Source of the DNA: Myxococcales bacterium
GTDB taxonomy: Bacteria; Myxococcota_A; Polyangia; Polyangiales; Houyiibacteriaceae
Direction of reading: 5' to 3'
DNA length: 64,000 bases
Assembly: GCA_012744445.1 (NCBI GenBank)
Contig: JAAYBZ010000200.1
Span: forward strand, 3,745 to 67,744
The notes below the pieces were generated by a model that saw nothing but the letters and a program-made list of their open reading frames with translations, searched no databases and was not told where the DNA came from. The position numbers were made by a program, and so were the translations under genes. Shown piece after piece: positions 29,308-39,498 of the stretch (the stretch's first letter is position 1; every line of letters starts with the position of its first letter).

Positions 29308-31381
29308 GGTTCTCCGTCGCGCACGACGTCGTCACCTATCTCTTCGCGGGGCTCGGGCTCCTCGCGCTCCACCTCGGCGGCACGTTCTCGCCGGGGTTCT
29401 CCGCGCTCCTCGTCCTGGGGTTCTTCGGGAGCACCCTCCTCCGCGGCGAGCGCATCGCCTCGAGGCGGTATTCCAACGCCATCACCGTCGCGCTCGGCGC
29501 CGCGCTCGTCGTCCAGGGGCTGCGCGCGATCTTCTTCGAGCCCTTCTTCCCGATGGCGATCGAATTCGCGGCGCTCCTCCAGCTCTCGCGCCTCGCCCAC
29601 CGGAAGCGCGCGGCCGACTACAAGCAGATCGCGGGCCTCTCGATCCTGCACCTCGTCGCCGCCACGGTGCTCTACCGCGACCTGAGCTACGCGGCGCTCT
29701 TCGGGGCGTACGTGGTGGTGACGCCATGGATGCTGGGGCTCACGCAGGTGCGCGAGGCCCTCGAGGGCCAATACGCCGACCCCGAGAAGAACGACGCGCA
29801 CGACGAGAAGCTCGCCGCCGTCCTCGCGCGGCCCGGCTGGGTCGGCCCGGGGTTCTTCGTGGGGACCGCCGCGCTCTCGCTCTTCCTCGTCGCGGTGACG
29901 GTCACGCTCTTCCTCGCCTTCCCGCGTGTGAGCGGCGGCTTCCTCGGGCTCCGAGGCGGCGCCGGCGGCTCGGTCACGGGCTTCGGCGAGGACGTCTCGC
30001 TCGGCGGCTTCGGGACGATCCGCACCGATCGGCGCGTCGTCGTGCGCCTCATGCCCGCCTCGGACGAGCCGCTCCCGCTACCCATCGTGCTCCGCGGGAC
30101 GAGCTTCGATCGCTACGAGCAGGGGCGATGGCTCCGCACCGACACGCCGGCCGAGCGCGCCTCCCTCGCCCGCGCGCCCCTCGGCCTCGCCCGCATGGCC
30201 TCGCCTGAGCCGCCGCGGCGGATCACGGTGGTGAGCGAGCTCGGCGACGAGCCCGTGCTGCTCGTGCCCGAAGGGACGGTGCGCATCGAGCGCACCCGCG
30301 ATGCGGCCGGCGGCGCGGTCGACCAGGTAGAGCTCCGGCCCGGCGTGGACCTGCGCGCGATCGGCGCGGCCTCGGTGCGCCGCTACGACGTCTTCGTCGC
30401 CGCGGACGCGGAGCCGCGCGAGGCCGAGGATCTCGCGCGCTACCTCGTGCTCCCCGACGGGATGGAGCGCGTCGCCCGCCTCGCGAGGGAGATCGCGGGC
30501 GAGGAGTCGCGGCCGCTCGCCGTGGCGCGGGCGATCGAGCGGCACCTCTCGGGCGGCGCCTACGCCTACACGCTCGACCAGGTGAGCGTCGACGACGTCG
30601 ACCCGGTGGAGCACTTCCTCTTCGTGCGGCGCGCCGGCCACTGCGAGTACTTCTCGACGGCGATGGTGCTCATGCTGCGCGCGCTCGGCGTCCCCGCGCG
30701 CAACGTCACGGGCTTCGTGGGAGGCCGCTTCAACGAATACGGCGGCTATTACGCCGTGCAGCAGGGCGACGCGCACTCGTGGGTGGAGGCCTACGTCGAC
30801 GGGCGCTTCGTCCGCTTCGATCCGACGCCGCCCTCGCGCGACGCGGTGGGCATCGACGACGGCCTGCTCACGAGCCTCCAGGCCTTCGTCGACTCGCTGC
30901 GCATGCATTGGTACGAGAACGTCGTCGGCTACGACTTCCAGAAGCAGCGCGCCCTCTTCCAGGCGATCAAGGGCCTGTCGCGCGCACGGAGCACGCACGC
31001 CGAGCCCGAGCCGCGCGCCGAGCTAGCCTTCGATGGCGCCCGTACGCCCCTGCTCGTCCTCGCGCTGCTCCTCGGTCTCGGCCTCGGCGCGGTCCTCGTG
31101 CTCCGCCGCGTGCGCCGAAAGGGCCCCGCCGAGACGCCCGCCGAGGTGCGGCTCCTGCTCTCGCTCGAGGCCCGCGCGCTCTCCCTCGGCGCCGCGCGCG
31201 TCGAGTCGGAGACGCCGCTCGAGTGGGTGGCGCGCCTCGAGGCCGAGGGGGCGCCCTTCGCCGCGGTGATCGCGCGGGGCGTCGAGGCGTACCTCGCCCT
31301 CCGCTACGGCGGCGCGCCCGACCGGGAGGCGCGGCTCGAGGCGATGCGCGAGGCCGTGGACGCGCTCGCGCGCCTCGGCCG

Positions 31382-31403
<22 letters not shown>
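29304..31403 (+). CDS. Transglutaminase-like membrane protein (TgpA-type: N-terminal TM region + transglutaminase core)
   Basis: ATGA overlap with the DUF58 gene. Multiple N-terminal TMs. Catalytic Cys in RRAGHCEYFSTAMVLMLRALGVPAR, His in GDAHSWVEAYV and Asp in FDPTP. One C-terminal TM. Confidence 0.9.
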
Positions 31404-32824
<1,421 letters not shown>

Positions 32825-32906
32825 TCCGTCTCGATCGTCTCGGCTCCGAGAGGGGCTCTCCCGGATGGGGGATTGTGTGGAATTCGCCCATGAAGCGTCA
32901 AGCCGT

Positions 32907-32927
32907 TGAAAATCAGCCGTGTTTTCA
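32907..32927. promoter_or_regulatory. AT-rich inverted repeat TGAAAA-N9-TTTTCA in a divergent intergenic region (candidate operator/promoter element)
   Basis: Perfect 6-bp arms read from the sequence. It lies between the kinase gene (-) and the lipoprotein hydrolase gene (+). An 11-bp direct repeat ggccttccgcg occurs twice at 32949 and 32965, just upstream of the hydrolase start. Confidence 0.3.
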
Positions 32928-32991
32928 TGGGCTTTCGCGCGCCTGGGGGGCCTTCCGCGCGTTCGGCCTTCCGCGTTAGCCTCGCGGGCCG

Positions 32992-34167
32992 ATGAACCGC
33001 GCACTCCTCTTGGTCGGGGCGATCTCGCTCCTCTCCCTCTCCGCCTGCGGCGACGACGCGCCCAAGGACAAGGACGAAGGCCCGAGCTGCGATCGCCGGA
33101 GCCCCGTGGCTGGGCTCGCGCTCGAGGACGTGCTCGCCCGGGGCGCGTTCCCCGTGGGCGAGCAGCAGGTCACGCTCGTCCGCGACGGCTCCTGCTTCGG
33201 CGAAGAAGGAAACGAGGCGTGCTCGCGCGAGCTCCGCACGCGCCTCTTCTACCCGGCCACGGAGGCGGGCACCGACGGACCGCCGCTCGCCGAAGGCGGC
33301 CCCTTCCCGCTCGTCGTCTACAGCCACGGCTTCATGTCGAGCGCGGTCGAGAACGCAAGCCTGCTCCGCATCCTCGCGAGCCGGGGCTACGTCGCCCTCG
33401 CGGCCACCTTCCCGCACACCTCGCTCGGCTCGGACACCGTGCTCTTCGACGTCGTCAACCAACCCGGCGACGTCTCCTTCCTCATCGACTGGGCGCTCGA
33501 GGGCGAGGACAGCCCCTTCGCCGGCGCGATCGACGAGGGGCGCATCGTCACCGGCGGCCTCTCCCTCGGCGGCCTCACGACGCTCCTCGTGACCTACCAC
33601 GCCGAGCTCCGCGAGCCGCGCCTGGCCGCGGCCTTCGCCATCGCGCCGCCCTCGGCCTTCTTCACCGAGGCCTTCTTCGAGACGACCGACATCCCCTTCC
33701 TCCTCGTGGCGGGCAGCGCCGACGCCGTGGTCCCCTACCCGCAGAACGGCATCGCGGCCTTCGAGCGGATGCGCGCGCCGGCCGAGCGCGTGACGCTCGA
33801 AGACGCCTCGCACCTCGGCTTCACCGATCAGGGCATCCTGCTCGGCGGGAGCGCCCACCACCCCGACTCGATCGCCTGCACCACGCTCGCGGGCAACCTC
33901 CCCGAGGCCGGAGACGGCTCGGGCTGGGACGGGCTCGCCGACCTCGGCGACCTCTCCATCGGCGTCGACCTCGCGGCGGATTTCGGCACCCCTTGCGACG
34001 ACGCCGAGCTCCCCTACGCGATGCGCCCGCGCCGCCAGCTCGAGCTCCTCTCCGCCGCCGTCGTGAGCTTCCTCGAGGGCCGCCTGAACCTCGACGGCGC
34101 CTACGCGGCCTTCCTCGAAGAGGGCGTGTCCGGCGATGGGTGTGATGCGGTGTACGCGTCCAAATGA
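32992..34167 (+). CDS. Lipoprotein alpha/beta-hydrolase (PAF-acetylhydrolase / dienelactone hydrolase-like)
   Basis: Signal peptide plus lipobox LLSLSAC. LVVYSHGF oxyanion-type motif. Nucleophile elbow GGLSLGG. Later GSADAVVP and ASHLGF (Asp/His candidates). Confidence 0.75.
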   Translation: MNRALLLVGAISLLSLSACGDDAPKDKDEGPSCDRRSPVAGLALEDVLARGAFPVGEQQVTLVRDGSCFGEEGNEACSRELRTRLFYPATEAGTDGPPLAEGGPFPLVVYSHGFMSSAVENASLLRILASRGYVALAATFPHTSLGSDTVLFDVVNQPGDVSFLIDWALEGEDSPFAGAIDEGRIVTGGLSLGGLTTLLVTYHAELREPRLAAAFAIAPPSAFFTEAFFETTDIPFLLVAGSADAVVPYPQNGIAAFERMRAPAERVTLEDASHLGFTDQGILLGGSAHHPDSIACTTLAGNLPEAGDGSGWDGLADLGDLSIGVDLAADFGTPCDDAELPYAMRPRRQLELLSAAVVSFLEGRLNLDGAYAAFLEEGVSGDGCDAVYASK

Positions 34168-34206
34168 GGATCTCCTTTCACCGCATTTCGTGGTAGTGGG
34201 CCGGGC

Positions 34207-34878
34207 GTGAACACCCAGAACCGGCCCCTCCTCATCGCCCCTTCGATCCTCTCCGCCGACTTCGGCCGACTGGCCGACGAGGTCCGCGCCGTCGATCGCG
34301 CCGGCGCCGACTGGATCCACGTCGACGTCATGGACGGCCGCTTCGTGCCGAACCTCACCATCGGCCCGCTCGTCGTGGAGGCCGTGCGCAAGGCCACCGA
34401 CAAGCCGCTCGACGTCCACCTGATGGTCGTCGAGCCCGACTCGATGCTCGCCGACTTCGCCGCGGCCGGCGCCGACGGGCTCACCGTGCACGCCGAGGCC
34501 TCGGTGCACCTCCACCGCACGCTCCAGCGCATCCGCGCGCTCGGCAAGCGCGCCGGCGTCTCGCTCAACCCGCACACCCCGGAGGACTTCCTCGACTACA
34601 TCCTCGAGGACGTCGACCTCGTCCTCGTGATGAGCGTGAACCCGGGCTTCGGCGGGCAGTCCTTCATCCCCTCGCAGCTCGAGAAGATCCGGCGCATCCG
34701 CAAGAAGTTCGACGACGCGGGCCTCTCCGTCGACATCGAGGTCGACGGAGGGATCAAGCCCGGCATCGCGCACAAGGTCGTGGAGGCCGGCGCGAACGTG
34801 CTCGTCGCCGGGAGCGCCGTCTTCGGCAAGGATGATTACGCGGCGGCGATCGCCGCGATCCGAGAGGACCGGGGCTGA
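34207..34878 (+). CDS. rpe: Ribulose-phosphate 3-epimerase
   Basis: GTG start. [42 protein letters not shown] and DGGI motifs. Confidence 0.95.
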   Translation: MNTQNRPLLIAPSILSADFGRLADEVRAVDRAGADWIHVDVMDGRFVPNLTIGPLVVEAVRKATDKPLDVHLMVVEPDSMLADFAAAGADGLTVHAEASVHLHRTLQRIRALGKRAGVSLNPHTPEDFLDYILEDVDLVLVMSVNPGFGGQSFIPSQLEKIRRIRKKFDDAGLSVDIEVDGGIKPGIAHKVVEAGANVLVAGSAVFGKDDYAAAIAAIREDRG

Positions 34879-34885
34879 GGCGCGA

Positions 34886-36268
34886 ATGGGCCGCGAGAAG
34901 GGCATCGACACGATCTTCGTGGGGCGTCCCGACAAGCCCAAGAAGCGCACGCTCAAGCGCAGCCGCCTGGTGGTGATCGACGGTCCGTCGACCGGCGGCG
35001 AGTTCCTCATGAACAAGGAACGCATCACCATCGGGCGCAGCTCCATCTGCGATCTCGTCCTCGACGATCCGGCCGTGAGCTCCACGCACTGCGAGCTCAC
35101 GATGAGCGAGCAGGGCGTGCTCCTGCGCGATCTCGAGTCGACCAACGGGACCTACGTGGGCGACATCCAGATCCGAGAGGTCTGGCTCAAACCCGAGATG
35201 GTCATCCGCGTGGGCAAGAGCCGGATCCGCTTCGAGTCGGCGGAGGGCCACGTCGAGATCGAGGTGAGCAAGCGCGAGCACTTCCACGAGCTCCTCGGCC
35301 GCGGCCAGCGGATGCGCGAGATCTTCGCCGTGCTCGAGAAGGTGGCGGGCTCCGACCTCACCGTGCTCGTGCGCGGCGAGACGGGCACGGGCAAGGAGCT
35401 CGTCGCGCGCGCCATCCACGCGAGCTCGCCGCGGCGGCAGGGGCCGCTCGTGGTGCAGGACTGCTCGGCGATCCCCTCCTCGCTCATCGAGTCGACGCTC
35501 TTCGGCCACGAGCGCGGCGCCTTCACGGGCGCGACCGAGCGGCGGACGGGCAGCTTCGAGCAGGCCGACGGCGGCACCATCGTGCTCGACGAGATCGGCG
35601 AGCTCGACATCAGCCTCCAGCCCAAGCTCCTCCGCGTGCTCGAGACGCGCGAGGTGACGCGCGTGGGCGGGGCCAAGAGCATCCCCGTGAACGTGCGCGT
35701 GATCGCCGCGACCAACCGCGATCTCCGGCAGATGGTCGCCGAGGGCAAGTTCCGCGAGGACCTCTACTACCGCCTCTCGGTCGTGCAGATCGAGCTCCCG
35801 CCGCTCCGCGAGCGCCCCGAGGACATCCCCGCGCTCGTCCGGCAATTCCTCGACGGATACGTGCGGCGACGCTTCCCCGACGAGCAGAGGCAGATCACGG
35901 TCACCGAAGAGGCGATGCGGCGGCTGATGAGCTACCCATGGCCCGGCAACGTGCGCGAGCTCAAGAACACGATCGAGCGCGCGGCCTCGCTCGGCAACGG
36001 CCGCGAGCTCACCGTGCGGGACATCCTCCCCGAGTCGCAGAAGACGCCGCCCGAGATCCTCCCTGGCGGCACGGCCGATCAGTTCGTCGCCGAGGGGCTC
36101 ACGTTCAAGGAGGCGAAGCAGCGCGTGCTCGACGCCTTCGAGGCGGCCTATCTCAAGGTCCTCCTCGATCAGCACGGCGGGAACGTCACGCGCGCGGCCG
36201 ACGCGGCGGGGCTCACCCGCTACCACTTCCGCGAGCTCGCCAAGCGCTACGGCCTCCGCGGGCGTTGA
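34886..36268 (+). CDS. Sigma-54-dependent transcriptional activator with N-terminal FHA domain
   Basis: FHA signature (ITIGRSSICDLVLDDPAVSSTHCEL...STNGTYV). AAA+ Walker A GETGTGKE. Sigma-54 contact motif GAFTGA. C-terminal Fis-type HTH (NVTRAADAAGLTRYHFRELAKRYGL). Confidence 0.9.
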   Translation: MGREKGIDTIFVGRPDKPKKRTLKRSRLVVIDGPSTGGEFLMNKERITIGRSSICDLVLDDPAVSSTHCELTMSEQGVLLRDLESTNGTYVGDIQIREVWLKPEMVIRVGKSRIRFESAEGHVEIEVSKREHFHELLGRGQRMREIFAVLEKVAGSDLTVLVRGETGTGKELVARAIHASSPRRQGPLVVQDCSAIPSSLIESTLFGHERGAFTGATERRTGSFEQADGGTIVLDEIGELDISLQPKLLRVLETREVTRVGGAKSIPVNVRVIAATNRDLRQMVAEGKFREDLYYRLSVVQIELPPLRERPEDIPALVRQFLDGYVRRRFPDEQRQITVTEEAMRRLMSYPWPGNVRELKNTIERAASLGNGRELTVRDILPESQKTPPEILPGGTADQFVAEGLTFKEAKQRVLDAFEAAYLKVLLDQHGGNVTRAADAAGLTRYHFRELAKRYGLRGR

Positions 36269-36302
36269 GCCGCGCCCCCGCTCCGCGCTCTATACTCGAT
36301 CG

Positions 36303-37499
36303 ATGCTCCGCGTCGCCGTCGCGCTCGTCCTGCTCTTCGCCTTCGCCGGGGGCGCCCTCGGCGAGTCGCGCGCGACGCCGTCGGTGATCGAGGTCGTGAG
36401 CCCCGGCACGCCGGTCTTCGCCGAGCCGAGCGCGAGGTCGCGCCGCATCGGCACCCTGGCCTCGGGCACGCGCCTCCTGGCTCTCGGCGATCGCGTCCCG
36501 CACGAGACCTGCGCCGAGGGCTTCGTCCGCGTAGAGCGCGGCTTCCTCTGCGCGCGTCACGTCCGCCCGTCGAGCCTCCCGCCCCACGCGGTGCAGCTCC
36601 CCGCGATGCGCGAGGGCGCGCTGCTCCCCTACCGCTACGCCTTCGTGAAGATCGACGGGACGCTCGCCCACCGGCGGGCCGAGGACTACTTCGAGGGCGT
36701 CGGCGCCTTCGCCCTCGGCAAGGGCTACGGCGTCGTGGTGAAGGGCGAGGTCGAGCACTTCGGGCGGCGCTTCATCCAGCTGCGCGACGGTCACCTCGTC
36801 TCGGCGGACGCCGTCGCGCGCGTGCGCGGGAGCGACTTCGAGGGCGTGGAGATCGCCCCCGGCGAGCCCTTCGACGTGGCCTTCGCGAAGAAGCCCGGCG
36901 CGCTCGTGAAGGACGCCGCGGGCCGCACGCTGCGCAGGCTCGGGCGCCGTGAGGTGGTGCGCGTCGAGGCCGTGGAGCCGAGGCGCGTCCGGCTCCGCGA
37001 CGGCGGCTTCGTCGATCGCGACGACCTCCACCTCCCACGCCTCCTCCCGCCGCCGGAAGGCGTCTTCGCGGGCGAGATCTTCGTCGACGTCGACCTCGCG
37101 GAGCAGACGCTCGTGGTCTACCGCGGCGCGCGCCCGATCTTCGCCACGCTCGTCTCCACGGGCCGCGGCGGCAAGCAGAGCGAGACGCGCGAGGGCGTCT
37201 TCCCCATCTGGGCCAAGCTCGCCGCGACCGACATGCGCGACGTGCACCGCACCGACGTGGTGCGGAACTACTTCATCGAGAACGTCCCCTGGGTGCAGTT
37301 CTTCGACGGCGCGATCGCCCTGCACGCGGCGTTCTGGCACGACGACTTCGGCCGCCCGCGGAGCCACGGCTGCGTGAACCTCTCGCCCAAGGACGCGCGC
37401 CGCGTCTTCGAGCTCACCCGGCCCGTCCTCCCGCCCGGCTGGGAGGCGATCTTGGTCGATCCCGAGGATCGCCCTACCCTCGTGCGAGTCCACCGATGA
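36303..37499 (+). CDS. L,D-transpeptidase (YkuD domain) with N-terminal signal peptide
   Basis: Signal MLRVAVALVLLFAFAGGALG. YkuD catalytic motif SHGCVNLSPKDARRVFE near the C-terminus. Confidence 0.85.
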   Translation: MLRVAVALVLLFAFAGGALGESRATPSVIEVVSPGTPVFAEPSARSRRIGTLASGTRLLALGDRVPHETCAEGFVRVERGFLCARHVRPSSLPPHAVQLPAMREGALLPYRYAFVKIDGTLAHRRAEDYFEGVGAFALGKGYGVVVKGEVEHFGRRFIQLRDGHLVSADAVARVRGSDFEGVEIAPGEPFDVAFAKKPGALVKDAAGRTLRRLGRREVVRVEAVEPRRVRLRDGGFVDRDDLHLPRLLPPPEGVFAGEIFVDVDLAEQTLVVYRGARPIFATLVSTGRGGKQSETREGVFPIWAKLAATDMRDVHRTDVVRNYFIENVPWVQFFDGAIALHAAFWHDDFGRPRSHGCVNLSPKDARRVFELTRPVLPPGWEAILVDPEDRPTLVRVHR

Positions 37500-38101
37500 T
37501 CGAGCCCGCCTCCTCGCCCGCCGCCGAACGCAACAAAGGCCCCATCCTCGAGGTCTTGAAGGAGATCCTCCCGCCACGCGGCCGAGTCCTCGAGATCGCG
37601 TGCGGCACGGGGCAGCACGCGGTGCACTTCGCGGCGGCCCTGCCCGAGGTCGAGCTCCTCCCGACCGACGCCGACCCCGAGGTGTTGCGCCACGCCGCGG
37701 CGCGCATCGCCCAGGCAGGACTTCCGAACGTCCGCGCGCCGGAACGCCTCGACGTCCACGAGCGCCCGTGGTCGCTCCCCTTCGAGCCGACGGCGATCTT
37801 CTCGGCGAACATGATCCACATCGCCCCGCCCTCGGCCATGGAGGCGCTCGTCCTCGGCGCCGCCGAGGTCCTCGACGTGGGCGGGCTCCTCGTGCTCTAT
37901 GGCCCCTTCCGCTTCGAGGGTGAGCCGCTCGCCGAGAGCAACCTGGCCTTCGAGCGCGACTTCCTCAAGGCGCGCGATCCGCGCTTCGGCATCCGCTCGC
38001 TCGAGGAGCTCCGTGCCCTCGCCGAGCCCGCGGGACTCGCCTACGCGCGGCGCTTCGCCATGCCGGCGAACAACTACGTCCTCGTCTTCGAGAAGCGATG
38101 A
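37496..38101 (+). CDS. DUF938-family class I SAM-dependent methyltransferase
   Basis: ATGA overlap with the upstream gene. The AAERNKGPILEVL N-terminus and SAM motif I VLEIACGTGQH are typical of DUF938. Confidence 0.8.
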   Translation: MIEPASSPAAERNKGPILEVLKEILPPRGRVLEIACGTGQHAVHFAAALPEVELLPTDADPEVLRHAAARIAQAGLPNVRAPERLDVHERPWSLPFEPTAIFSANMIHIAPPSAMEALVLGAAEVLDVGGLLVLYGPFRFEGEPLAESNLAFERDFLKARDPRFGIRSLEELRALAEPAGLAYARRFAMPANNYVLVFEKR

Positions 38102-39438
38102 TCAGCGCGCTCGCGCCGACGGTCTTCGTCATCGCGTTCGCGCTCCTCACGCGCCGGATCCTGCTCTCGCTCGTGCTCGGCCTCGTGCTCGGCGAGCTCC
38201 TCTTCGCCTGGGACGTCCGGGACGGGCTCCTGGGCGTGATCGACCGCGTGCTCGGGGTCTTCGCCGATCCCGGGAACACGGCCGTCGTCGTCTTCTGCGT
38301 GCTCGTGGGGGGCCTGCTCGCGCTCGTCCGGGAGAACGGCGGCGTCGCGGGCTTCGTACGCCTCGTCTCGCGATCGCCCGCGCTCGAGACGCGGCGCGGG
38401 ACCGAGCTCTTCGTCATCGCGATCGGCTGCCTGATCTTCATCGAGTCGTCGATCACTTCGCTCGTGGCGGGCACGGTGGGGCGGCCCCTCTTCGACCGGC
38501 ACGGGATCTCGCGCGAGAAGCTCGCCTACATCGCCGACTCGACCTCGGCGCCGATCTGCCTGCTCCTCCCCATGAACGCCTGGGGCGCGTTCATCCTCGG
38601 CCTCCTCGCCGACACGGGCGAGGCGCTGCCCCTGCTCCTCCGATCGCTCCCGCTCTCGTTCTACGCCTTCGCGGCGATCGCGATGGTCTTCGTGAGCGCG
38701 CTCTTGGGATGGGACTTCGGCCCGATGCGGCGCGCCACGCCTCGTCCGCCGGCGGAGTCGATCGGAGACGTCGGCGAGGGCCGCGCGCGCGGGCTCCTCG
38801 TTCCCGTCGTCGCGATGGTCGCGCTCGTTCCGATCGGCCTCTACGTCACGGGCGGCGGCGACTTCTTCCGCGGGAGCGGCGCGCGCTCCGTGCTCTACGC
38901 CGTGCTCGGAGGCTCGGCGATCGCGGCGTTCTTCCTGGTCGTCGACGCGAAGCGCCCCGCGCGCGACGTGCTCCCTGTCTTCCTCCGCGGCGCGCGCGAG
39001 CTCCTCTCGCTGGGCGCGCTGGTGACGCTCGCGATCGCCTTCGGCGCGCTCTCGAAGGACCTCGACACCGGGCCCACGATCGCCTCGATCGTGAGCGCGG
39101 CCCTCGACCCGCGGCTCACCGCGGCGGCGCTCTTCGTCACGGCCTCGCTCATCGCGTTCGCGACGGGGACGAGCTGGGGGACGTTTGCGCTCACGATCCC
39201 GCTCGCGCTCCCGCTCGCGGAGCAGACGGGGCTCCCGCCCGCGCTCATGATCGGCGCCGCGTTGAGCGGGGGCGTCTTCGGCGATCACGCCTCGCCCATC
39301 TCCGATACCACGCTCGTCTCGGCGATCGCGGCGGGCTGCGAGCCGATCGACCACGTGCGCACGCAGCTCCCCTACGCGCTCGTGGCGGCGGCGATCGCGG
39401 CCGCCGCCTACGTCATCGTCGGCGCCGCTGCGCTCTGA
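38098..39438 (+). CDS. NhaC-family Na+/H+ antiporter-like membrane transporter
   Basis: ATGA overlap with the upstream gene. 446 aa, polytopic. The N-terminal region (ILLSLVLGLVLG ... VVFCVLVGGLLALV..NGG) resembles NhaC-family proteins. Assigned from recollection only. Confidence 0.75.
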   Translation: MISALAPTVFVIAFALLTRRILLSLVLGLVLGELLFAWDVRDGLLGVIDRVLGVFADPGNTAVVVFCVLVGGLLALVRENGGVAGFVRLVSRSPALETRRGTELFVIAIGCLIFIESSITSLVAGTVGRPLFDRHGISREKLAYIADSTSAPICLLLPMNAWGAFILGLLADTGEALPLLLRSLPLSFYAFAAIAMVFVSALLGWDFGPMRRATPRPPAESIGDVGEGRARGLLVPVVAMVALVPIGLYVTGGGDFFRGSGARSVLYAVLGGSAIAAFFLVVDAKRPARDVLPVFLRGARELLSLGALVTLAIAFGALSKDLDTGPTIASIVSAALDPRLTAAALFVTASLIAFATGTSWGTFALTIPLALPLAEQTGLPPALMIGAALSGGVFGDHASPISDTTLVSAIAAGCEPIDHVRTQLPYALVAAAIAAAAYVIVGAAAL

Positions 39439-39443
39439 ACGAA

Positions 39444-39467
39444 GAAGGCCGCGCATCGCTGCGCGGC
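39444..39467. terminator. Bidirectional stem-loop terminator between convergent genes
   Basis: Perfect 10-bp stem aggccgcgca / tgcgcggcct with a 4-nt loop tcgc. It sits 6 nt after the nhaC-like stop and about 30 nt after the stop of the convergent Cys-rich protein gene. There is no long U-tract. Confidence 0.6.
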
Positions 39468-39498
39468 CTCCTTCAGTGCGTGTGCGTGGATGACGCGA

